From an uncultured Anaerolinea sp. (GTDB lineage Bacteria > Chloroflexota > Anaerolineae > Anaerolineales > UBA4823), in contig CAYQDU010000003.1 in NCBI GenBank assembly GCA_964416275.1, positions 1 to 62,131 on the forward strand: a stretch of DNA of 62,131 nucleotides, written 5' to 3'. Made by a program: the position numbers and the translations under genes. The notes under the pieces are model-generated. The model made no database searches. It was not told the DNA's origin and was given only the letters and a program-made list of their open reading frames with translations. This document shows positions 9,001-21,000 of the stretch, one piece after another (position 1 is the first letter of the stretch; every line of letters starts with the position of its first letter).

Positions 9001-12000
9001 CAAGACCGCTGCCAGGTGACCCGCACCGGCGTCGGCACGGGCGGCAGCACCACCCTGGTCTCAAAGGTGGACCTGTTCGTTACGCCCAATAAATACACCG
9101 TCAACACCCGCGATACGGTCTGGCGCTTCTACGTGGGCAACTTCAGCAGTGTGACCGCCGAAGATGTGATCGTAACCAACACCCTGCCGCTCGGCCATAA
9201 GCTGCAGACGTATGACCTTTCCAGCACCTCGGCTCCCACCAACACGGTCTCGATGATTACCGGCACGCTGCCTTCCGGGCAAGAGGTGGTCACGTTCACC
9301 CTGTCCAGCCTGCCGCCGTATGGCCGCATTCGTTTCGACGTGTACGGTAAGATCGACAGCATCTGCAACCTGCCGACGCGGATCAACATCGCGTTGCTCG
9401 ATCAGTGTGGGATGGTAGGCGAAGGATCGGGCGTATGCCAGGGGCGTAAAGACGCCTTTGTAGACCTGCTGCCCGGCCCGGCTTTCCTGGTGACCAGCAA
9501 CGACCAGACCGCCCACCTGCCGCTGTGCGAAACCGGCTACGTGCGCCTGACGGTCAAAAACTCGTCGGCCAGCGCCGATGAGTTTAATTTCAAGATTACC
9601 GATGTGTTGACCAACGTCACTGTTACCGGGCCGGTGACGGCCACGGTAGTGGACGAAAACGGGCAGATCATCGTCGGCGAGACCTCTGGCCTGCCGCTGC
9701 AGGGGGTGGCGTTTAGTCCCAACATCGTTACCACTGGAAATCAGCAAAACCTGACCTGGGAGCAGAGCATGTTCGCCCCCGGCACGCCCGGCTATGACAT
9801 CTTGCAGCGCCGCCAGGCCAGCGATGTGATTACGATCTTCATGCGGGTGCGCACCGGCTGCACCGGCACCGATGCCCGCGTCCAGTCGTTTGTCGACGCG
9901 CGGGATGTATGCGCTCGCCCGTTGGCAAGCGCCGAAAACGCCAAGACCCTGCTGACCGACGCGCCAGCGTTGAACGCTGTCAAGCGCGGCTATAACGTCA
10001 CCCGCGGCTATCCGCTGACCAACCCGGTCTATGCCTATCCCGGCGACACCCTGCGCTGGGAAGTGGATGTGACCAACGTGGGCGACCAGCACGTGCTGAA
10101 CCTGTGGGTGACCGACACGCTGCCCGCCAACTTCACCTATGCCAACGCCAACCTGGGCGGCGCATACGCCGCCGGGCAGGTGGTCTGGAACCTGACCGGT
10201 ACGCCGGTGCTGAATATCGGCGAAACCAAGACCTTTGTCGTCACCGGCACGGTGACCAACCTGGTGTGCAGCGATACGCAGAACCGGGTTCTGGCGGTGT
10301 TTGGCTGCACCGCCGGCGACCGCTGTTCAGGCTTACCGGCCAACACCGACTTCACCCTGCAAACCCGGCCCAATGCCTTCAGCCTGACCTCCTCCGGCGA
10401 CCTCAGCACCTGCGGCGGACTGGTGACGGTCAACATCAACAACGACGGCGCGCCAGCCGCTAACGTGACCCTGACCGACACGCTGCCCACCGGCTACGTG
10501 TACGAAGCGTTTGTTTCGGCCACCGCCGCGCCGAACGTGCTGCCGGCGGCCGGGGCCGCCAAGCCGGTCTTTGGCTGGACCGGGGCTAACCTGCTGCCGC
10601 GCGGCCTGACCACCCTGGTCTTCCGGGTGCGTAATGCCGCCGCCTCCGGGGCCTGCGCTGCGCCCGGCCTGCCGCTGACCAACCAGACCGACCTGAACAT
10701 GCAGGACGGCTGCGGCAATAACTACGGCGCTGCTAACACTACCTCCAGCGGCTTCAACCTGACCACGCCCAACCTGAGTGTGACCAAGACGCCTGTCACC
10801 CAGTTCCGCAACGTAGGCGACGTAGCCAATTGGACCCTGACGGTGCGCAACACCGGCGCCGCCCCGGCCCCCAACGTGGTCATTACCGACCGGGTGGGCA
10901 GCAACTTCGGTTCGCTGAGCGCCTCGGCTGGTTCGTTTGGCGGCACCTCGGCGGTCATCGTGGGCAACACCATCCACTGGACGCCGGCCATCACGCTGCC
11001 GGTGGGCGGCCAGTGGACGGCTACCGTCAATGGCACGCTCTTGAGCGTCGGCGATAACACCAACCAGGTCACTGCCACCGCTGCCTGCGCCAGCGGCTGC
11101 CAGTACGCCGCGGTCAACACTACCGCTTACGTCACGCTGATCTCGCAGTTCGATAAAGGCCCCAATTCGATTATGACCGGTACGATTGGCGACGTGAAGG
11201 TGTTTACCTTCACGGTGGGCCTGCCGGACGTGGACGGCGTGTATCAAAACCTATCGCTGGTGGATACCCTGCCAGCCGGGTTGGGCTACGTTGGCTCGCG
11301 GGTGGTGTATCAGCAGGATATGGATAACCCCACCCCGCCCGCGCCGGTGATCGTCACCACGCCCAGTTCGGCCCCGGCCTATCTGAGCAGCGGGGTGATC
11401 CAATGGAACCTGGGGACGCTGAACGGCGTGGCTGTGGCTACCGGCGTGATTACCACCGTCATTCGCGACATTCCCACCAACTATGGCAGCCCGCAGGCGG
11501 GGTACGTGCGCCTGACCAACAACCTGAACCTGAGCTACACCGAAGACGGCCAGCCGTATACCTATAACGATACCGCCAGCGCCGATGTATACGAACCGCT
11601 GCTGCACCTGAGCAAGAATTACCGCACCGCGCAGGGCTGCGCCTCGGCCTTGCTGATCGACAACTTCAACGACGGCAACACCCTGGGCTGGACGGTGAGC
11701 GGCGGCGCGCTGGCGCTGAACGGCTACACCTTGCAGATGCCCACCGGGGCCAACCGGCGCGCCCTCGCAGGATCGACCACCTGGGGTGATGCCAGCTTCT
11801 CGGCCTTCGCCCTTTCCACCGGCGTGACCCACGCCACCGACAACGACCTGGGCCTGATCTTGCGCGCCAACAGCGTAAATACCTACTATCGCCTGTACTG
11901 GCGGCGCAACCTGGCCGGAACCACCGGCGCTTACCGCCTGGATCGGGTGGTGGGCGGCACGGCCACGAACCTGGTGAACACGGCCGCCCCGGCCGCCTAC

Positions 12001-15000
12001 GGCCTGAACCGTTGGTATCACCTGGAAGCGCGGGTGCAGGATTACGCCTTGCAGTTCTATATCGACGGGGCGCTGGTTTTGAGCTATACCGACGCCAATG
12101 CCGCCCATCTGGCCGCCGGGCAGAGCGGGTTGTTCACCCAGAACCAGACCACCGCTTACTTCGACGATGTGCTGGCCTCGCGCTATGGGCGCAGCGGCTG
12201 CCTGGTGGGGGCAGGCGATCTGGTCACCTATACCCTGACCATCTCCAACCAGCAGGTCATCACGGCCTACAACCCGCGCCTGGTGGACGTCATCCCGGCC
12301 GGGCTGAGCCTGCAATCCTATAGTTGGAAGAGCGACGACGCCGGAACCAGCCTGAGCGCCGGGCCGACCCCGGTTCCGGGCGCTGCTGGCAGCCTGACCT
12401 GGGACTTCAACCGCCTGGCGCCGCGCGTCCCGTTTGCGGCCAACCGTCACACCGCCATCACCATGACGGTAACGCTGGCGGTTTCCCCGGCTATCACCGT
12501 CAGCCAGCGCCTGGCGAACCAGGCCCACCTGACCTACGACGGCCAGGCCGGGGCGGGGCCGGTGGGCATCCAGCGCGCCTACGATGGCGGCACGCACTCT
12601 AACGGCGTGCGCACGATTGATCCCTACATTCTTAAGTCCAGTTCGCCGGCCAACGCCACGATTGGCGAGCCGGTCTACTTCACCATCACCGTGCCGTCGC
12701 ATCCCATTACGGCCACGCTGTATAACATCACCATCACCGATAATGTACCGGCCAACCTGCTGGTGCTGCCCGGTACGGTGCAGATCGTGGGTGGTACGGG
12801 AGTGGTCAACCAGACCCTGGGCAACAACCTGCGGGTGCTGTTTGGCAGCATCCCGGCTGGGACGGTGGCGTACATTCGCTACACGGCGGTGGTGCGCGAC
12901 GTCCTGGCAAACCAGGAAGGCGTGGTGGTTCCCAACACGGCCACGCTGGCCTGGGGGACGCAGACCACCACCACCCTGCCAGTCAACGTGACCCTGATCG
13001 AACCCAGCCTGGGGATCAGTAAGGTGGTTTCGCCGACCAACGCCGCCCCCGGCCAGATGGTGTTCTACACCGTCTCAGCCTATCACCTGGCGGGCGACAC
13101 CGAGACGGCCTACAACGTGACCATCAGCGATGTAGTTCCGGCCTCCCTGGCCTACCTTCCTGGCTCATGGCACATCGTCAACGGCCCGGCTGGGACGGCC
13201 AGCGACGCCGCCGACCCGACCCTGAGGGCCATCTTCCCGGTCGTTGGTCCGACCTGGACAGCGGCCAACCCGCTGCGCCTGGTGTATGCCGCCCAGGTTC
13301 GCGCCTGGGCCGCCCCCGGAGCGTTGATTACCAACACCGCCCGCCTGACTTACACCAGCACGCCCACCGACACCTACGGCGAGACCCGCGACGGCTCTGG
13401 CGGGGTGGACGATTACTTTGCCAGCCAGACGGCCGACCTGGCCCTGCCTGAAATCAGCGTGACCAAGACCGGGCCGATCACCGTCACTGCTGGCAACCTG
13501 ATTACTTACCTGGTGACGGTGCGCAACGAGGGCCCGTTCGCCGCCCCGGCCATCGTGACCGACACCCTGCCCTTCCAGGTTAGCTTTGTGAGCGCCACGC
13601 CCAGCCAGGGCAGCTGCGTCCATACGTACAATCCCACCGGCGGCCAGTTGGTCTGCAACCTCGGCTCGCTGGCCCCCGGCCAGGCTACCATCCAGGTGGT
13701 AGGGCGGGTGGACCCCAACACGCCGCTGGCCGCCGACCTGACCAACCGGGTGCGGGTGACCACCACCTCCCCAGACGGCGCGACCACCAACAACACCGCC
13801 GAAGTGGATACCGAAGTGTACACCTCGTCGGATGTGGGCCTGAATAAGTCTGGCCCAACTACCGCCATTGCCGGGCAGACCATTACCTATACCATCGCGG
13901 TCAGCAATACCGGCCCCTCCACCGCCCATACGGTAGACATCAAAGACTTGCTGCCGCCGGGCGTGTCTTACGTGGGCGCCAGCGCCAGCCAGGGCCTGTG
14001 CGTGGCCGGAATCTGCCAGTTAGGCGACCTGCCCACCGGGCAGACGGTTCACATTGTGGTGACGGCCACCGTGGGCGCTAACGTGAGCGGCACGCTGGTC
14101 AACACCGCCCAGGCTTTCTCGGTCAGCAGCGACCCGAACCCGGCCAATAACGTCGACACTCAGATCACGACGGTCAGCTCGCTGACCCGCCTGATGATTA
14201 GCAAGGTCGATCTGACCGACCCGGTGTACGCCGGCGACACCTACTTCTACGAGGTGGTCATCACCAACACCGGGCCGAGCGCGGCCCAAAACGTAGTTAT
14301 CTCTGACACGCTGCCGCCTTACGTGCATTACGAAGGCGCCAGCCCAGAGTGCTTCCACGATGGCAGCCCGGTGGGCGGACAAATCACCTGCAACCTGGGG
14401 ACGATGGCTCCCCTGGAAGTGCGCGACTACCTGATCAATGTGCGTGTGTTGAGCGATGTCATCAGCGGCACGGTGGGAATCAACCGGGTTTCGGCCACTA
14501 CCACTACCCCGCTGGCAGCCGGCAGCGTGCTGTCCGACCAGGAACCGACCACTTACCTGCAAAAGCTGGGCAACCCCATCGACTTGAGCTTGCTCAAGAG
14601 CGTGAACCCGGCCAGCGCGGTGGCAGGCAACGGTTTCTTTACCTATCACCTGACGGCCACCAATCACGGCCCGGCTCCGGCCAGCGACGTGATCCTGGTG
14701 GACGCTTACCCGCGTGAATTCAGCTTTATCTCGGCCGTCGCCAGCAATGGGGCGGTGTGTAATCAAGGCATGAGCTGCGCCCTGGGCGCGTTGGCGGTCA
14801 ACGAGACGGTATATATCACCCTGGTAGTGGCTGTGCCTTCGGACGTGCTGGCCGGGGTATATACCAACACCGCCCGCCTGACCAGCCCGGCCCCGGAAAC
14901 CGACCTGACCAATAACGACGCCCAGGCCGCCTCGACGGTAACGACCCTGGCAAACCTGGGCCTGGGCAAGCTGGCGCTTCCCAACCCGGCCACCCCCGGC

Positions 15001-18000
15001 GGCGACCTGACCTATGTCATCACCGTCACTAACACCGGCCCGTCGGATGCGGCCAACGTGACCGTGAGCGACGCCCTGCCGGTGGGCTTCATCCCCACGG
15101 CGATCTACTCCAGCCAGGGCAACTGCGCCGCTTTCCCCTGCAACCTGGGGACGCTCACACCGGGAGCTTCTGCCCTGGTGTGGGTGGTGGGTAAAGTCAG
15201 CCCCAACGCCGCGCCGGGACAGGTGGATAACACCGCCAACGCTGCCAGCAGCACGCCCGGCAGCGGCGCCAGCGACACGGTGATCGTGGGCCTGGCTGGC
15301 CTGGCCGATCTGGCCCTGGTCAAGACCGGTACGCCCACCAGCCTGCCGGGCGGCACGGTCTTCTATACCCTCACCCTGCGCAACCTGGGCCCATCCGACG
15401 CAACCGGGGTGGTCCTGACCGACACCCTGCCGGTCGGGCTGAGTTACGTGAGTATCACCCCGCCGGCTGGCTGCGGCTATCTGCTGGGGCGGATTGTGTG
15501 TACCGTTGGAACCCTGGCGGCTAACGCCCAACGCCAGTTTGTGGTGCAGGCGGTGGTGGACGGCAGCGTGCCGCCCGGCGCCAGCCTGGAAAACCAGGCC
15601 GCGGTGACGGCAACCTCGCCCGACCCCAACCCGTTGAATAACCTCGCCAACGCCGATACCTCCATCCTGGGGCAGGCGGATCTGGTGATTGCCAAGACGC
15701 AGCTCACGGCCAATCCGATCCTGGCCGGGACGCTGGTGACCTATACGATTGTGGTGACCAACACCGGGCCAGGGCTGGCGCGGCAGGTGGACGTGAAAGA
15801 CCAACTGCCGGCCGGGCTGAGCCTGGAACACATCGCGGCCTCGAGCGGTGGGGTGTGCGGTGGGACGGTGTGCCAGTTTGGAGCGCTGCTGCCGGGCGAG
15901 ACGCGCACAATCACGGTGACGGCGCGGGTGGACGAAGACGCCCCGGCCGGGACGGTAACCAACGTGGGTGCGGTGTACTCGGTGGACGAGAGTAACCCGG
16001 GCAACAACACCGCCACCACGACGACGACCCTCGTCACGAGCGCCGACCTGAGCGTGGCGAAGGTGGATTTGAGCGACCCGGTGGAACCGCTGGGTGGGTT
16101 GATCTACCAGTTGGTGGCCAGCAACGCCGGGCCGAGCGCCGCCCAGGGTGTGATCGTGACCGACACGCTGGACGCCAACGTGGTGTTCGTCAACGCCACA
16201 CCGGGCTGTGTCTATGCCGCCGGGCAGGTGGTATGCACGGTGGGAACGCTGGCGGGAGGGGCAAGCGCCTCGTTCCTGGTGGCGGTGACGGCCGGGGATG
16301 TGCCATCTGGGACGCTGCTGCACAATGCAGCGCTGGTGGCCGGGACGACGCCCGACGGCAACCCGACCAACAATCAAACGACGATCACCACGACAGTGCA
16401 AGCCCCCAATGGGCCGAGCGCCGAGGTGGGGATTGCCAAGACCGGCCTTCCGGCGAGCGTGGCGGCTGGCGACGTGGTGACCTACACGCTGACGGTGACC
16501 AACGCCGGGCCGCAGGCGGCCACTAACGTGCGGGTGCTGGAACTGATCCCGGCCGGGACGACGGCGCTGAGCCTGACGGCGGACAACCCGGATGCGGGCG
16601 ACGAACACTGCTCGCTGGGCGGGGCGTGCTACCTGGGGACGGTGTACTCGACCACTGTGGCGACGATCCAGGTGGTGCTGCGGGTGAACCCAGACTATGC
16701 CGGGAACCAGGTGGTGAACACGGCTTCGGTCTCGGCCGACCAGTTCGACCCGCTGCCGGGGAACAACATCGCTTCGGCCGCCACCGATGTGACGCAGGCC
16801 GCCGACCTGCTGCTGGCAAAGAGCGACCTGATGGACCCGGTGCTGGCGGGCGACCTGATCCTGTACCAGGTGTGGGTGACCAACACCGGGCCGTCGCTGG
16901 CCCAGGCGGTGGTGGTGACCGACGCCATCCCGGTTGGGACGGTCTTTGCCGGGGCTTCGCCGGTGTGCGCCGAGAGCAGCGGGATCGTGACCTGCGCCCT
17001 GGGCGACCTGCCGGCCGGCGCGGCGACCTCGGTGTGGGTGCAGGTGCGGGCGGATCAAAGCCTGCCCGACCCGACCGTGGTGACCAACACCGCCCGGGTC
17101 CACAGCAGCACGCCGGATAGCGACCCGAACAACAACGTCGACAGTGAGCCGACGACGGTACATCAATCGACCCTCAACCCGACCGACCTGGCGATTGTCA
17201 AGGGCGATGCGCCCGATCCGGTGATTGCCGGGAACCTGCTGACCTATACCTTAGTGGTAACCAACTACGGCCCGGCCCCCGCCAGCGGGGTGCAGGTGGC
17301 CGACGCGCTGCCGTCTGGAACCAGCCTGGTGAGCGCAATCGCTTCGCAGGGCGTGGGCTGCTATGGCAGCGTGGTGTGCCTGTTGGGCGACCTGGCGGTG
17401 AACGCTACGGCTCACATCACAATTGTGGTGCGCGTCGATCCCAACCAGCAGGTGGCGCTGAACAACCTGGCCCAGGTGTCCAGCACCAGCGTGGATAATA
17501 ATCCCAATAACAACCAGGCTTTTGCCGCCACCCAGGTGGAAACCTCGGCCGACCTGCAGCTAACCAAGACCGGCCCGGTTGCGGCTCAACCGGGCGGCAA
17601 TATCGCCTACCAGATCATCGTCCAAAACCTGGGGCCAAGCGACGCCCAGGCGGTGGTGGTGAGCGATACCCTGCCGCTGGAACTGCAATCGGCGGTCGCC
17701 AGCGCCTCGCAAGGCGCGTGCGCCATTGCGGCCGGCGTGGTGACCTGCAACCTGGGTTCGCTGCCCGCTGGCGGCCAGGCGGTGATCGACATCGCTGGCT
17801 TGCTCGACCCGCACGCCACGGCGGCCTTCGCCAACGCGGCCGAAGTGGAGAGCGCCACCCCCGACCCGAACACGGGCAATAACTGGGACGACGCCCTGAC
17901 CACCCCCACCCCGGGGGCCGATCTGGAACTGCAAAAGACCGCCACCCCCACCGCCCCGGCCGGCGGCGCGATCCTGTACAACCTGCGGGTCTACAATCAC

Positions 18001-21000
18001 GGCATTTCGCAGGCCCAGAACATCGTGGTGACCGACACGCTGCCGGCCGGCATGACCTACGCCAGCGCCAGCCCGGCCTGCGCGTTTACGGCGGGGCAGG
18101 TGATCTGCACCCTGGCCGCGCTGGATGTGAACGCCTCCGTCACCTTTACCATCCTGGTGACGGCCGCCTCCGACATCATCCCCGGCACTAGCCTGGAGAA
18201 CCGGGCCGTGGTTGGCTCCAGCACGCCGGACAGCAACCCAGAGAACAACCATGATAACGCCGATACCAGCATCATCGCCCTGGCAGACCTGGGGATCGAC
18301 AAGCGTACCGTAGCCGACCCGGTGGTGGCGGGCGACCTCGTCACCTACACCATCGTGGTGACCAACTACGGGCCGTCGTTGGCCCAGGCCGTGCAGGTGT
18401 GGGACTTCCTGCCCGCCGGGGTGACCCTGGCAAGCGTCACGCCCAGCCAGGGCATCTGCTCGCTGACGGTGTGTCTGCTGGGCGATCTGGACGTGGGCGC
18501 AACCGCTACCCTGACCCTGACCGGGCGCATCAACCCCAACCTGGCTGCTGGAACGATCCTGCGCAACCGGGCCCAGACCACCAGCGCCACGCCCGACCCC
18601 GGCCCGTATTCCAATACCGACACGGTGACTAACACCACCACCCGCCTGGCCGACCTGAGTCTCGTCAAGACCCACACCGGCCTGATGACCCCCGGCCTGC
18701 CGTTCACCTATCGACTGACCGTCTCGAACCTGGGGCCGTCGCTGGCCTCGGCGGTGGTCGTCACCGACAGTTTGCCGCTGAGCGTAACCTTCGTCTCCAG
18801 CACGGCTTCCTGCCTGCGCACGGCCAGCAACCCCGACATGGTAGCGTGCAGCCTGGGCAACCTGGCCGCCGGCGCCTCTGCCAGCTTCGACCTGCTGGTG
18901 CTGCCCGATGCTCGCCTGACCGCCGGCACGCTGACCAACCTGGCCCAAACCGCCAGCGTCACGCCCGACCCGGAGCCCACCAACAACCAGACCGGCGATC
19001 TGACCACCGTGCAACCGGCGGCCGACCTGCGCCTGTCGAAGAGCGATAACCCCGATCCGGTGGTGGCGGGCCAACTGCTGACCTACACCCTGATCGCCGC
19101 CAACCTGGGGCCGTCGTTGGCCCAGGCGGTGATCGTCACCGACACCCTGCCGCTCTCGCTGACCTACCTGAGCAGCAGCCTGCCGTGTAGCCTGATCGGG
19201 AGCCACCCGCAGGTGATTGCCTGTGCGTTGGGCGATCTGCTGCCAGGGGCCACCCAAACCTTCCAGGTGGTGACGCGGGTTGATCCAGGCGTGCCGCCGG
19301 GCGCCAGCCTGCATAACTACGCCCTGGTGGGCAGCCTCACGCCAGACACCAACCCCACCAATAACGTCGGCAGCGCCGTGACCACCGTCATCGCCCAAAG
19401 CGACCTGGCGGTGGACAAGACCTGTCCGCCCGACCCGCTGATCGCTGGCGGCATCGTCACCTACACGGTGGTGATCTCGAACAGCGGCCCCTCCACCGCC
19501 CAGGATGTGGATGTCAAGGACTTCCTGCCCATTGGGTTGATCCCGTTGGGCGCGCACACCACTGACGGGCAGCCCTGCCTGCCGAACCTGTGCCAGTTGG
19601 GCGATCTGCAGCCGGGCGAAGTGGTCACAATGGTGGTCACCGCCCAGGTAGACCCCAGTCAGCCCATCGAATCGCATCTGGATAACCAGGCCACGGGCTT
19701 TACCGACACCAACGACCCCAACCCTGGCAATAACAGCGATTCGTGCAGCAATATGATCCTGTCGGAAGCTCGCCTGGTGATCGAAAAGCACGACCTGGTG
19801 GACCCGGTGGGCCAGGGCGGCCTGTTGATCTACGCCCTGAACGTGACCAATACCGGTCCCTCCAGCGCCCAAGATGTGACCGTGATCGATACCCTGCCCG
19901 CCCAGGTGACCTACCTGAGCAGCACCGATCACTGTGTGGAAGGCCCGGCCGGCAGCCTGACCTGCTCGCTGGGGACTATCCTGCCCAACACCACCCAGAG
20001 CTTCTTGGTGACGGTGCAGGTGCCGGTGGACGTATACAGCGGCACCATCCTGCACAACCTGGCCGAAGTCAGCAGTAGCACGCCGCTGACAGACACCTCG
20101 ATCCTGACCGATAGCGAAGATACCCTGGTGATCGAACCGCCCGTGCCGCCGGCCGACCTGTCGATCGTCAAGACCGAGAACCCGGCCGTGGCGGTAGCCG
20201 GACGGGATGACGTGACCTATCATCTGCAGGTGGTCAATCACGGCCCCGGCCGGGCCACTGACGTGGAAGTGCTCGACCCGCTGCCCGCCGGACTGACCTT
20301 CGTCAGCGCCCAGCCAAGCCAGGGCTTCTGCTGGAACGCCATCCAATGCTCGCTGGGTGTGTTGGAAGTCAACGCCTCGGCCATGATTACCGTGACGGCC
20401 CACGTCAACGCCGATGTGCTGACCGGGACGCTGATTGCCAATACGGCCATCGTACGCGGCTCGCAGCCCGACCCTGACCCAACCAACAATACCAGCACCA
20501 CCACGCTCCAGATCATTACGGCGGCCGATCTAACCATCGTCAAGCTCGATCAGCCCGACCCGGCCACGCCCGGCGAGCTGATGACTTACACCCTGGCGAT
20601 CACCAATCACGGGCCGTCGGACGCCCAGAACGTGTTGGTGACCGATCCCTTGCCGCCGCAGGTCAGCTTTGTGGGCGCCCTCCCGGCCAACAGCGCCGGG
20701 CCAAACCCACTGACCTGGAACCTGGGGGCGCTGGCCGCCGGACAGACCGTCCACATCTTGCTGTGGGCGCGGGTCGATCCGAGCGTAACAGCCCCGTTCA
20801 CCAACACGGCCCTGGTCGGCTCCAGCACGCCGGAGATCAACCCGACCGATAACAGCTCTTCGACTACCACCCAGGTCGAGCCGCAGGCCGATCTGTCGCT
20901 GGCGAAGGATGGACAGCCGCACCTGGCCCTGAATGGCAGCGTTGTGACCTACACCCTGACGGTGCATAACCTGGGGCCGTCCGACGTGCAGAACGCGGTA

